A DNA stretch of 62,062 bases, counting the filler. It is 6 parts of 6 records of this genome, joined end to end, with 100 filler letters (N's around TTAATTAATTAA, not from the genome) between each part and the next. Parts side by side here need not be neighbours in the genome. Positions count along the whole stretch, not along the records: positions 1 to 28,170 come from DRR723986_9245; 5 more parts are not named here. One strand, 5' to 3'. The notes below the pieces were generated by a model. That model saw only the letters and a list, made by a program, of their open reading frames with translations. It made no database searches and was not told the origin of the DNA. The translations under genes were made by a program, and so were the position numbers. This document shows, piece after piece, positions 8,179 to 18,301 of the stretch. Position 1 is the stretch's first letter. Every line of letters starts with the position of its first letter.

Positions 8179-11106
8179 ATGCTATATACACTCCGATTCC
8201 TGTCCTTCCTGACACTATGTGTGGCTCTGGCAAATCCGGCGCCAATGGAAGCGCGTTACCATGCCATTGAACCAGGCAGCATAGTCATAGCCTTTGATAC
8301 ACAATCAAGTGAATATGCGCAGTGGATCAACAATGACCGCGGCGGCCAGATCGCTGCTTTCGCCAGCCTGATCGGCCAACACAACAGCCGCGGTTATATC
8401 GGCAACGACCTCATGCAAGCCTGGCTACAGGCCAAAAAGTATCGCGAACCAATGTACCGCTTAGGCGGTTCAGACTTTGAGTCCGATGTACCTGCAGCAA
8501 TGCAGCATCCAATTGCCGGACTCTGTGTGATTGAATACCAGCAGCCTCTTGACGTCAGCTGGCTGGTCGCCAAACTGCAGAGACTCAACTTCATTGAGTT
8601 CGCCGAACCGCTTTTTAAACGTGAATTTCTCTTCCGTCCAAACGATCCGCTCGACAGCGAACAGTATTACCTGGGACGCATCAGTGCCTATGAGGCCTGG
8701 GACCTGCTCCCTGATGATGCTACCGCCGTCGTTGCAATCATTGACACGGGTTATGACTTCGAACACGAAGACCTCAAAGACGCCTTTTGGATCAATCCGG
8801 GCGAAGATGGTGACGGCAAACGCGATAATGGCATCGATGATGACAATAATGGCTTCATCGACGACTGGCGCGGCTGGGATTTTGTTGGCAACGGCGATGA
8901 GTCCGATAACGATCCAACCTATGGCAATGAGCACGGCGTACATGTTTCCGGCATTGCCGGCGCTACGATAAACAACAATACCGGGATTGCCGGCGTTGGC
9001 CTGGGCGTCCGCATTCTTTCCGTCAAAATTGGTCCGGACAATGAATTTGACGAAACAACATCGCGCGGACACGAAGGTATCCTGTATGCCGCTGCAATCG
9101 GCGCAGACGTCATCAATTGCAGCTGGGGCGGATACGACTACTCCGTGGCCGAACGCATGATTATTGAAGAAGCCACTGAGCTAGGCAGTGTCGTGGTTGG
9201 CTCCACAGGCAATGAGCGCCGCCGCGATACACGCTTTCCAGCTGGGTACGAACAGACAATCAATGTTGCCTGGTCATCAGCCGATGACCGCCTCAATGCC
9301 GGATCCAACCGGCATACAACGGTTGACATCAGCTCCCCCGGATCCAATGTCACTTCAACTCTGCCGGGCAATGACTACGGCGGCCCCAACTGGAATGGCA
9401 CGTCGATGGCCGCTCCTATGGTCAGTGCGGCCGCAGCCATGGTCAAGATGCGCTGGCCGAATCTGTCGCCGCAGCAAATCAAGGCACAACTCTTGAATAC
9501 GGCCGACGACATTTCGGGTCAAAATGGTGGAATCGCCGGTCTATACGGCAGCGGCAGACTTAACATCTATGACGCCGTGCGCGAACGTGTTATCGGCGCA
9601 GGATTAACACAAATTTCAGTTGTTGATGCCAACAATGACGGCGCCGTTGAACTGGGTGAAGACTTTCGCATAGAGTTTACGCTCCAGAATTTCTTCGCAG
9701 AACTCAACGACGTCCGCGTAGTCGCAACCGACGAGACTCAAGACATCCGCGCGAGTTTTACGCGCGATGCCGTCTCAATTGGCGCAATGGCAGCCAACGC
9801 TGAACTCGAAATAGGCCAGGATGGAATTGTTCTGAATATCTCCGATGAGCTGCCACGCAACTCAGTCTACTACCTGAACCTGAACATCGAAGAACAGGGC
9901 GAATTGATCGGCCGCGAAACCGTCCGGATTGTGATCGGACCTAGTTATGCAACGATCGCGACTGGTGAGGTTCAGTTCTCATTTAACAATCAGGGTCAGC
10001 TGGGCTACAACGACTACTCCGACAATTTACAAGGTGATGGCATTCGCTATCGCGGCAGTGAGAATCTGGTCTTTGAAAGCGGCCTGATTCTGGCTACAGC
10101 GCCGGATCAAATCCTCTCCTCCGTTCACGAAAGTTTTGGTTTTTCGAACACCAACTTCGTTCCCTTGAGCATCCCAACAGTTATCGACAGAGTCGAAGAC
10201 AGTAAAGGCGCCAAGGCCACCGGCAGCGCCCGCTTTCGCGATGACGGCAGCGTGCCCGGCATGAACGTTGATATTCAGCGTGAAATAGAAGTATTCCTGC
10301 CCGGCAGTCGTTATGAAGCCTTGACGCTGATCCACCATCGGATTAACAATACCAGTCCCAATGCCATCCAGGGGCTCTATGCAGCCCTCTATTTTGACTG
10401 GGATATTAACCCCGACGGTCTGGGTGATCAGATTAAACTGATGCGCCCTTCGGACAGCCAACTGGCCTACAATTACGGCTACGTTTACAACCCGCGTAAA
10501 ACTTCCCTGCCATATATTGCTGTCTTCAGTCCGGCCGAAAATGATGATTTTGCATTTTATGCCTTTGACAACGGCGGCGGTGGACAATCACTCCAAACCA
10601 GCCCCAACTTTACCAAAGAAGACAAATGGTTGTCAATGACGAACGGCGCAGCGCGCCAGGAAGCAGGCCCGGCCGACGTCTCAATGTTAATCGGTGAAGG
10701 ACCGATTGATATTCCATCTGGTGAAACAAGAACCGTAACAACCATCCTCTTTGGTGGGAATTCACCGGAAGAGCTTGCCGACAAGGCTGCGCGCGCCCAG
10801 GAGTATTTGGATCCAATCGCTTCAAGTGCGGATGACCAGAGTCCGTTGGCAGAGGTGATTCTCAGCCCGAATCCGGTAAACTCTGCTGCCCCCGCATTTG
10901 TGCGCATCGACCTTGCCGCACCTGCAAAAGCCTCTCTTCGCATTTTGGATGCATTGGGACGTGATGCCGGCAAACTTGAGCTTCAATTGCGCAGCGGCAG
11001 AAACAACGTTGCGCTGGAAACAGCGGGCCTTAGTGCCGGCGCATATCAAGTGATGATTGAACTGGAAGATAGCCGGCGCCACAGCAGCATGCTTATCATT
11101 CGCTGA
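8179..11106 (+). CDS. S8 (subtilisin-like) serine peptidase with T9SS C-terminal sorting domain
   Basis: IIDTG, HGVHVSG, GTSMAAP triad; signal peptide; C-terminal SPNPV...ILDALGR...GLSAGAYQV. Confidence 0.9.
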   Translation: MLYTLRFLSFLTLCVALANPAPMEARYHAIEPGSIVIAFDTQSSEYAQWINNDRGGQIAAFASLIGQHNSRGYIGNDLMQAWLQAKKYREPMYRLGGSDFESDVPAAMQHPIAGLCVIEYQQPLDVSWLVAKLQRLNFIEFAEPLFKREFLFRPNDPLDSEQYYLGRISAYEAWDLLPDDATAVVAIIDTGYDFEHEDLKDAFWINPGEDGDGKRDNGIDDDNNGFIDDWRGWDFVGNGDESDNDPTYGNEHGVHVSGIAGATINNNTGIAGVGLGVRILSVKIGPDNEFDETTSRGHEGILYAAAIGADVINCSWGGYDYSVAERMIIEEATELGSVVVGSTGNERRRDTRFPAGYEQTINVAWSSADDRLNAGSNRHTTVDISSPGSNVTSTLPGNDYGGPNWNGTSMAAPMVSAAAAMVKMRWPNLSPQQIKAQLLNTADDISGQNGGIAGLYGSGRLNIYDAVRERVIGAGLTQISVVDANNDGAVELGEDFRIEFTLQNFFAELNDVRVVATDETQDIRASFTRDAVSIGAMAANAELEIGQDGIVLNISDELPRNSVYYLNLNIEEQGELIGRETVRIVIGPSYATIATGEVQFSFNNQGQLGYNDYSDNLQGDGIRYRGSENLVFESGLILATAPDQILSSVHESFGFSNTNFVPLSIPTVIDRVEDSKGAKATGSARFRDDGSVPGMNVDIQREIEVFLPGSRYEALTLIHHRINNTSPNAIQGLYAALYFDWDINPDGLGDQIKLMRPSDSQLAYNYGYVYNPRKTSLPYIAVFSPAENDDFAFYAFDNGGGGQSLQTSPNFTKEDKWLSMTNGAARQEAGPADVSMLIGEGPIDIPSGETRTVTTILFGGNSPEELADKAARAQEYLDPIASSADDQSPLAEVILSPNPVNSAAPAFVRIDLAAPAKASLRILDALGRDAGKLELQLRSGRNNVALETAGLSAGAYQVMIELEDSRRHSSMLIIR

Positions 11107-11129
11107 CCTCCAGTACAGAGTCGTTTTGT

Positions 11130-11168
11130 AAACCACGGTGTTTCTTTGAGACACCGTGGTTTGTCTTA
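11130..11168 (+). terminator. Intrinsic terminator between the two S8 genes
   Basis: AAACCACGGTGT...ACACCGTGGTTT 12-bp inverted repeat followed by T-rich sequence. Confidence 0.7.
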
Positions 11169-11274
11169 TCGCGGCCTCGCTGCCCGGCAAACATTCGTGC
11201 AAAAGGATGTAACCGCTTTCAGCAAAAAAGTGTCGCATTAGGACGTACAACTCACACGTATCTGGAGTGCTCAT

Positions 11275-14250
11275 ATGAATGTATCGCGACCTGGTTTGTT
11301 GAAGGCGCTCGTCATTGCGACCCTGTTCTGCCAGTTCGCCCATGCTCCTGCTCTAGCGGGAGAGACCATTAAACATGCCACTCTCAATACATTCACTCAC
11401 AACTCCCTCACTCAGACGCGCACCCAAGACAATCAATCAGAACCCATAGGTTTTGAGCCCAAGACTCTGATCGTCAAATTTTCAGCCGGCAGCCGCCTGG
11501 CGTCACAATGGTTTGAGCAGGAGCGCACTCAAGCCCTCCAGACACTTGAGCCGCTGCTCGGACCGCATGACAGCCGCGCGTTTATCTCCTCCCCCGTCTT
11601 ACGCCTCTATCAAAAACGCTACGCAGCCAAATTCCTCAGCAAGGTTTCTGACCAGGCGATGTTCGCCTCGCCGCTGGCTGCCATCGCCGTTCTGACATTC
11701 GATTCAGAGCGCGACCTGGACTATTTATCTCGAAAACTTCAGGCGCTGCCGGACATTGAATACGCTGAAAAAATGCCGCGCCACCAGTTTTGTGATGGCC
11801 CCAATGACCCACTGGCAAGTGAACAATATCATCTAGACCAAATTCGCGCTTTTGAAGCCTGGGATGAAATTGGCGAAAGCCGACAGGTACTCCTCGCAAT
11901 AGTCGATACCGGAATCGATAGCGACCACAGAGACCTCGCCAACGTTCTATATGTCAACCCCGGCGAAGATGGCCAGGATGCTGACGGCAACGACAAGCGC
12001 AATAATGGCATTGACGACGACAACAATGGTTTTGTAGACGACTGGCGTGGATGGGACTTTGGCACACAGGCCGATGGCGATAATGGTACCAACCCCGGCA
12101 ATGGGCACGGAACACATGTAGCCGGCATTGCCGGGGCCATGGTAAACAACAACCTGGGCGTTGCCGGTGCTTCTCCCTGGCTCACACTAATGCCCGTCAA
12201 AGTTGCCAACGATGATGAAGAAGACTTTAGCGTGATTCGCGGCTCGGAGGGAATACTCTACGCCGCCGGTATGGGTGCCGAAATTATCAATTGCTCCTGG
12301 GGCAGCGTCAACAGCTCACGGGCTGAAGCCGAAATTATCAACGCGACCGTCGACCTGGGAATTGTCATGGTTGCTGCCGCCGGCAACTCCGGCCAGTTCC
12401 TCACCTTCTTCCCTGCCAGCTACAGTCGTGTGCTCTCAGTCAGCTCCGTTGACGAAACCAGGCGCAGAGCCGCCTTCGCCAACTTCCACTGGACCGTCGA
12501 TATCGTAGCGCCCGGCGTCAACATCACTTCAACCGACAGGCGCGGAATATTTGACACTCGTGACGGCACATCAATGAGTGCGCCAATGGCTGCCGCCGCC
12601 GCTGCCCTGGTAAAAGTCGCCAATCCAAACATGCTGCCCGAGCAAGTCATGGAACAGATTAAAGCGACCGCAGCCTCAACCGACGACATCAACTCAGGGT
12701 TTATAGGACGCCTTGGCCGCGGGCAGCTGGACATGGCCGCCGCCGTCAGCGAACGTGACGCCCAGTCAATTTTAGTTGATGGAGTTGCCATCACCGATGT
12801 CAACGGCGATGGGATCGCAACTCCCGGCGAAGAGATTTCAATCACAATCGACATCTGGAACATCCTGGCCGGCGCGCCCAACGCAAATATCGTATTGGAT
12901 CAACCCACAGGTTCTGATCCAACACTTGCACAATACGACTACGACCTTGGTTCGCTCGTGCGTGGTGAGCGCGTCTCCCGCGCCATTGAGTTGACATTCA
13001 TAGTGCCACAGGATACCCCGACAGACTATGTTTATACGATTCCAATGACCTTCAGAGATGGTGACAAAGAGATTGGTCGTGACGGCGTCAGCCTGATTAT
13101 CAATCCCTCATACCGCACACTCGATGCAAACAATATGACAATCACGGCCAACAGCCGCGGCAACTTTGGCTACAATGACTTCCCCTTCAATCAACTCGGC
13201 GACGGTTTGCGCTACCGCGACAGCCGCAGCCTGCTCTATGAAGGTTCGCTGCTGATAGCCTATTCACCCGACAAAGTATCCAACGTGGCACGCTCCACTA
13301 CCCTGCAGCGCCAAGATGTATCATTCCTGATCACCGAGCCAATCAGTCTGCTGGCTGACGGCCCGACCGCTGACCTGGAAGCCAACTGTGCATTTGCCGA
13401 CACCCTGGCACCAGGTGATGCCGGCGTCAGTGTTAATCAAACACTATATCAGTTTGATGAAGACGGGCATCGCGACTACACACTCGTTCGTTACGAAGTC
13501 ACCAATACAAGTGGCGCAGACGTCACAGACATGTACGTTGGCCTTCTCTGCGACTGGGACATCGCCGCCGGCGGTTTTTCCGATGTCACGGCGTTTAACT
13601 ACGATCGCGTCCTCTACTACGCGCGTAATGCGCGCGATGAGACGCTGCCGCTCGTCGGCATGCAGCTGCTTTCCGAATACGACGTCAACTATTTTGCGCT
13701 GGACAACAACTCCAGCCGCGGCATCAATCTGGTCAATGGATTTTCGCGTGACGAGAAATGGTTTGCGCTTAGTAGTGGAATTGGCCGCGATCGCAGCAAC
13801 GTTACCGACATTTCCGCCGTGTTAAGCGCCGGGCCGATTTCTGTCAAGGATGGTGAAACAGTTTCAATCGCATTTAGTATATTTGCTGGCGACAACTTCA
13901 CGGATCTTTACACACATGCTGATAGTGCGCGTGTTCGTGCCGGCGCAAGCGGCATTGGCAGCGCCAGCATCAAGCGGCTGCCACGGGAATCACACCTCAC
14001 GAGTGTCTTTCCGAACCCCGACCTGACCGGCTCAGTCACGATTGAATACCAATTGTCGGCCAAGCAGCGGGTATCGATTAGCATTTTTGATATCCAGGGC
14101 CGCAAGATGATTCAGGTGTTTGACGACGAACAACGCGTTGGTGAATATTCCATTGAAGTACAAACAGCCGCTCTGCCTGTAGGAAATTATGTGGTGAAAC
14201 TGCAACTGCTTGATTCTATCGAAACATTCGCCCTTAAAGTCCTACGTTGA
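11275..14250 (+). CDS. S8 serine peptidase with T9SS C-terminal domain (paralogue of the upstream gene)
   Basis: IVDTG, HGTHVAG, GTSMSAP; C-terminal VFPNP...IFDIQGR...LPVGNYVVKL. Confidence 0.9.
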   Translation: MNVSRPGLLKALVIATLFCQFAHAPALAGETIKHATLNTFTHNSLTQTRTQDNQSEPIGFEPKTLIVKFSAGSRLASQWFEQERTQALQTLEPLLGPHDSRAFISSPVLRLYQKRYAAKFLSKVSDQAMFASPLAAIAVLTFDSERDLDYLSRKLQALPDIEYAEKMPRHQFCDGPNDPLASEQYHLDQIRAFEAWDEIGESRQVLLAIVDTGIDSDHRDLANVLYVNPGEDGQDADGNDKRNNGIDDDNNGFVDDWRGWDFGTQADGDNGTNPGNGHGTHVAGIAGAMVNNNLGVAGASPWLTLMPVKVANDDEEDFSVIRGSEGILYAAGMGAEIINCSWGSVNSSRAEAEIINATVDLGIVMVAAAGNSGQFLTFFPASYSRVLSVSSVDETRRRAAFANFHWTVDIVAPGVNITSTDRRGIFDTRDGTSMSAPMAAAAAALVKVANPNMLPEQVMEQIKATAASTDDINSGFIGRLGRGQLDMAAAVSERDAQSILVDGVAITDVNGDGIATPGEEISITIDIWNILAGAPNANIVLDQPTGSDPTLAQYDYDLGSLVRGERVSRAIELTFIVPQDTPTDYVYTIPMTFRDGDKEIGRDGVSLIINPSYRTLDANNMTITANSRGNFGYNDFPFNQLGDGLRYRDSRSLLYEGSLLIAYSPDKVSNVARSTTLQRQDVSFLITEPISLLADGPTADLEANCAFADTLAPGDAGVSVNQTLYQFDEDGHRDYTLVRYEVTNTSGADVTDMYVGLLCDWDIAAGGFSDVTAFNYDRVLYYARNARDETLPLVGMQLLSEYDVNYFALDNNSSRGINLVNGFSRDEKWFALSSGIGRDRSNVTDISAVLSAGPISVKDGETVSIAFSIFAGDNFTDLYTHADSARVRAGASGIGSASIKRLPRESHLTSVFPNPDLTGSVTIEYQLSAKQRVSISIFDIQGRKMIQVFDDEQRVGEYSIEVQTAALPVGNYVVKLQLLDSIETFALKVLR

Positions 14251-14308
14251 TGCTCGCATCGCTAAATGGCATCATTGTAAGATCCTCTATCGTAATGGAG
14301 AACATAAT

Positions 14309-14485
14309 ATGGAAAAGTATAAGCAACTCGCGGAGATGATCCAGCTCTTCGAGAAGGATTTTGAAAAATTCTACGTCCGCAAAAACAAGACCGCTGGAAT
14401 CCGCGTGCGCAAGCACATGCAAGAATTGCGCAAATTGGCTCAAGAAGTTCGTATGGAAGTTCAGGAAATGAAAAGTGCCATGTAG
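14309..14485 (+). CDS. Small basic histone H1-like (Hc1 family) protein
   Basis: DFEKFY..NKTAGIRVRKHMQELRKLAQEVR pattern; GGAG RBS; 58 aa. Confidence 0.75.
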   Translation: MEKYKQLAEMIQLFEKDFEKFYVRKNKTAGIRVRKHMQELRKLAQEVRMEVQEMKSAM

Positions 14486-14522
14486 GCACACTCTCAATTC
14501 CTATTCACAATTCCTCCACAAG

Positions 14523-14580
14523 GGAAGTCCTGCTCACTACGCCACCCCACCGAGCCGGACTTCCATCTCTCTTTCTTCTC
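14523..14580. terminator. Hairpin between convergent genes
   Basis: GGAAGTCC...GGACTTCC stem followed by a pyrimidine tract. Confidence 0.45.
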
Positions 14581-14624
14581 AGGAGATAACCTTCACAAAC
14601 TTTTCGCTTTAGCCCTCAACACGT

Positions 14625-15344
14625 CTACGTATCACCCATCATCAGCAGCTCAAACGAATACGCTTCAAATAGGAATCGTTCAGCCAGCTGACCAGATAGT
14701 GCATTGGAGAAATCCATGCGTTCTGGCCGCCACTGTACGCCAAGCAGAAAGCCGCTCTGGCCACCGTCGTTCCATTCAAAGGCTTCCGTCAAACCGTCTG
14801 GTGACTCCGCTCCGCGTATTAGACCTTCCGCTAGACTTTCAATGCCCTGGTGATGCCCACTATTTACTTCGCCTTCAGTCACGCCGCAAACCTTCATTAA
14901 CAGCGAACCGGACTCAACCATAATGTGATGCTCGGACAGCTTGCCGTCAATTGCGCCATGTTCTACGTCCGAGGGTGACTCATTCGGAATGTCAACATAC
15001 AAACTTCCCCCCAGCGCTACGTTAATCAACTGCATTCCGCGGCATATGCCCAGCACGGGTATTTTTCGCTCACGGGCGCTCTTAAACAATTCTATCTCGA
15101 AGTTGTCACGAGCGGTATCAATCTCACCAATACCGTCGGCATTTGGGCGGCCGTACAGCGCTGGGTCTACGTCCGCACCACCCGTTAAAATCAGACCTGA
15201 ACAGGTGTTTAACACTTCAACAGCCTCAGCTGTCGGCATGCCGTTCAGATCCAAACACTCCAAATCTTCTTCTACACTTTGCAGCCACGGAATATATTTT
15301 TCGTACGTTGCCGCACCACTAGCTCGTGAAATTGCTACTCGCAT
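14625..15344 (-). CDS. Peptidase C26 / gamma-glutamyl-GABA hydrolase (PuuD-like) class I glutamine amidotransferase; catalytic His replaced by Arg
   Basis: LILTGGADVDPALYG, LGICRGMQ, VNSGHHQ, GVQWRPE. Confidence 0.85.
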   Translation of the reverse strand: MRVAISRASGAATYEKYIPWLQSVEEDLECLDLNGMPTAEAVEVLNTCSGLILTGGADVDPALYGRPNADGIGEIDTARDNFEIELFKSARERKIPVLGICRGMQLINVALGGSLYVDIPNESPSDVEHGAIDGKLSEHHIMVESGSLLMKVCGVTEGEVNSGHHQGIESLAEGLIRGAESPDGLTEAFEWNDGGQSGFLLGVQWRPERMDFSNALSGQLAERFLFEAYSFELLMMGDT

Positions 15345-16351
15345 GCCTTCGGTCCTTTATCAAAAATCTCTTCCAGACGTTCACGGAATTGCGCCTGACC
15401 TTGGTCAATTGTCAGCCTCATTGGCAGGACACATAAAGACAGCCCCTGCCCCAATAAAGGCGTAATGAATTGCTGCAATTTAACTTCATCTTTTTCGCTG
15501 ACCATGATATTTTGCACTTGCGCCGCCGTACACAGCTCAATCGCCTTGTTAATGTCCTTCTCTTCAAACGCGTGGTGATCGCGGAATGTTAACTCTTCAA
15601 CAACCTCGTACCCCGCCTCTTCTATTGAACGCCGCAGCCGCTGTGGATGAGCAATCCCCGTTAGCATAAGCACTTTTTTTGATCTCTTGTTAGTCTCGGT
15701 ACCGGAATCCGCAAACCGCACAGCTAGAAGATCGCTGCGCGCATGAATGCACAGCGCCGCAGGGTGGTAGTCATTCAGCTCGGCACAAATATCCGCATCA
15801 CGCGCCACCAGCACATCGGCGCGCCGCAGGCCGGGCAATGCCTCGCGCAATCGGCCGGCAGGCAGCACATATTTCTCTTGCAGCGTCTGTGCATCACACA
15901 TCAGGATATCCAGATCGCGGTGCAGCCGCCGATGCTGAAAACCATCGTCAAGCACCACAACATCCACCTCAAAATTTTCAAAAATATACGCGGCACCTAC
16001 CGCCCGGTCCGCCTCAGCTACCACCGGCACATTTAAGGTGCGTGCGTGCAGATACAACTCGTCACCGGCCTTGCTCACATCGGCTCTTACATCAACGCCA
16101 TCGGAAACCACTAAAAGCCCGGAGCTCTTGCGGCCGTAGCCGCGCGCCAGCACCGCCGGACGTTTGCCCAATTCCTGCAGCATGCGCACCAGCATCTGCA
16201 CAAACGGGGTTTTGCCTGTTCCGCCCACCTGAATATTTCCAACGCTGATTACCGGCCCTGCAGCACGTTCAATCTTGGTACGCCCCGAGTCAAAACGCCG
16301 GTTGCGCCCAGCGGTCACCCTGTTAAATACAGCCGCAAGCAACTTTTTCAT
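15335..16351 (-). CDS. lpxK: Tetraacyldisaccharide 4'-kinase
   Basis: ISVGNIQVGGTGKTP, RGYGR, LDDGFQHRRL, LPAGRLRE, FRDHH, SEKDEVK. Confidence 0.95.
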   Translation of the reverse strand: MKKLLAAVFNRVTAGRNRRFDSGRTKIERAAGPVISVGNIQVGGTGKTPFVQMLVRMLQELGKRPAVLARGYGRKSSGLLVVSDGVDVRADVSKAGDELYLHARTLNVPVVAEADRAVGAAYIFENFEVDVVVLDDGFQHRRLHRDLDILMCDAQTLQEKYVLPAGRLREALPGLRRADVLVARDADICAELNDYHPAALCIHARSDLLAVRFADSGTETNKRSKKVLMLTGIAHPQRLRRSIEEAGYEVVEELTFRDHHAFEEKDINKAIELCTAAQVQNIMVSEKDEVKLQQFITPLLGQGLSLCVLPMRLTIDQGQAQFRERLEEIFDKGPKACE

Positions 16352-16448
16352 AAACAGTACTCCCCTTCAGGTAACAGCTCACCCAATACCTCGAAATGTG
16401 GCTCAAAATGCGGCGCGCGCGTTTTTCGCGGAATGCACATGCAGCCAC

Positions 16449-17033
16449 TCATATCAGTTCCATATCCTGCAGGCGCGCCTGCACTAATCTGATAGTATTG
16501 TCCACAGCTTGGCGGTCCAGAGGATCCGGCGGGTGAATTGCATCGGAAATCACAATCTCGATCGAAGCAAACGGCCAGGGAATCAGAAATTTATCCCAAC
16601 TGCGCTCCAGTCGGTGCCCGGAGGCACGAATGCGCGCGCAGTAAATCGGAACTCCGGCACGCGCGGCAGCAACCACCGCACCTGCTTTCATAACATGTCG
16701 CGGCCCGCGCGACCCGTCGGGAGTCAGTAGAACCAGCTGCTCGCGAGCAGCCCGCTCCATCTCCGCCAGCGCTTCTTTGCCACCGCTCGAAGATGATCCA
16801 CGTAAAACCGTGAAGTCCCAGTCCTGCAGAAGGCCGGCCAAAAGCTCACCGTCACCACTGCGGCTCGTTAGTGCTACCGCGCCCCTACCACCAAAAGTTT
16901 TCCAGATTGGCAGCATCTCATCATGCCAGAATACAAGTACTGCCGGCGAATTTGGCAGCGCCTGAGGCACGCGAATGCGCCAGCTTGACGCCAGAAGGCG
17001 AATGGCCCGCCTCACAGCCGAATTTTTACTCAC
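16449..17033 (-). CDS. DUF374 / LpxJ-like lipid A late acyltransferase
   Basis: FWHDEMLP, SRSGDGE, RGSSSSGG, TPDGSRGP, SWDKFLIPWPF; lies between lpxB and lpxK. Confidence 0.75.
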   Translation of the reverse strand: MSKNSAVRRAIRLLASSWRIRVPQALPNSPAVLVFWHDEMLPIWKTFGGRGAVALTSRSGDGELLAGLLQDWDFTVLRGSSSSGGKEALAEMERAAREQLVLLTPDGSRGPRHVMKAGAVVAAARAGVPIYCARIRASGHRLERSWDKFLIPWPFASIEIVISDAIHPPDPLDRQAVDNTIRLVQARLQDMELI

Positions 17034-18178
17034 TCTTTAGAACCTTGCGGTGAATCCAGCAACTCAGCAATGCACTCCGCGGCCTGGCGTGCGGCGGTGC
17101 CGCCTTCTCCCAGCGCCAGACGCACCTGCTCAAAATCTTCCAGCATCGTGCGCCGCGTTTCTGCATTGTGCAGCAATTCCAGAACTGCATTCGCAATGCC
17201 TTCCGCTGTTGCTTCCGCTTGAATCAGCTCACGCACTACCAATTTCCCGGCTATAATATTAACCAAAGAAATGTATGGAAGCTGAACCAGTCGGCGGGCA
17301 ATCAAATACGACAGCGCCGAAGTTTTATACATCATCACAAACGGCATGCCCGCCAGCGCCGACTCCAGCGTTGACGTTCCGGTTTTTACCATGCCCGCGT
17401 CTGCGCGCGCCAAAAGCGCACGGCTATCGGTCGTAATTTTCAATTCAATGTCGGCGGCATCAGCATCCGAATTCAGAACCTTCTGGTGAACCGCACTGTC
17501 CGCCCGTGCCGTCGCCAATTCAAAGCGTGCGTTCGGCAGCTCTTTTTTAACTAGCCTGGCCGCAGCCAACATGATCGGCAGATTCCGTTCAACTTCCTGC
17601 GCGCGGCTGCCCGGCATGAGTGCAATACATGGGTTTTCGGCGACCTGCGTTCGCGCCTCAAAGTTTTTGAATTCAGCTACATCCAGCAGTGGATGCCCTA
17701 CAAAACGTGTGTTGATTCCAAAACGACCGAAAAACTCAACTTCAAATGGAAACACAACCATCAGAACATCGACTACTGCACGCAGCTTCGCGGCGCGTTT
17801 CTGTCCCCAGGCCCACAGCTGTGGAGCGATATAATAACAAACAGGTAAGCCGGATTTGCGCGCCGCACCGGCCAGACGCATGTTAAATCCGGGGTAATCC
17901 ACAGGAATAAACGCATCGTAGCCGCCCCGTGTCAACGCCTCTTCACAACGCTTCAGTAGGCGCCTGAAAAAGAAATAACGTTTGGCGACTTCCCAGAAGC
18001 CAACCACGTTTATCTCCTCCAGCTGGGCCAGGCTCTGCAGGCCAAGAGTCTGCATATGCGGCCCACCAATGCCATCAAATTGACAGTCCGGCCACAGTGT
18101 CCGCAGCGCTTTCATCAAACGCGCGGCATGTAAATCTCCGGATGTTTCTCCGGCCACGATAAAAAAACGCTTGGCCAA
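17030..18178 (-). CDS. lpxB: Lipid-A-disaccharide synthase
   Basis: AGETSGDLH, VDYPGFN, APQLWAW, FPFE, FVGHPL, MPGSR..E, GTSTLE; TTG start. Confidence 0.95.
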   Translation of the reverse strand: MAKRFFIVAGETSGDLHAARLMKALRTLWPDCQFDGIGGPHMQTLGLQSLAQLEEINVVGFWEVAKRYFFFRRLLKRCEEALTRGGYDAFIPVDYPGFNMRLAGAARKSGLPVCYYIAPQLWAWGQKRAAKLRAVVDVLMVVFPFEVEFFGRFGINTRFVGHPLLDVAEFKNFEARTQVAENPCIALMPGSRAQEVERNLPIMLAAARLVKKELPNARFELATARADSAVHQKVLNSDADAADIELKITTDSRALLARADAGMVKTGTSTLESALAGMPFVMMYKTSALSYLIARRLVQLPYISLVNIIAGKLVVRELIQAEATAEGIANAVLELLHNAETRRTMLEDFEQVRLALGEGGTAARQAAECIAELLDSPQGSKE

Positions 18179-18301
18179 GGGCAGTCAACCTCTCAACAGT
18201 GTCACAATGCGGCGAAACTACGATTTTTTGGGCTTTCAACACCCGGCCGCTGCACCGCAGCCCGCTACCCAAACTGCTGCTACGAAAGACACAGGCAGAA
18301 T

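Noticed and set aside
4263-14485. RiPP cluster (TldD/E + S8 proteases + small ORF)
   Set aside because: There is no YcaO, radical SAM, lanthipeptide synthetase or precursor-like peptide, and the small ORF is an Hc1-like protein.
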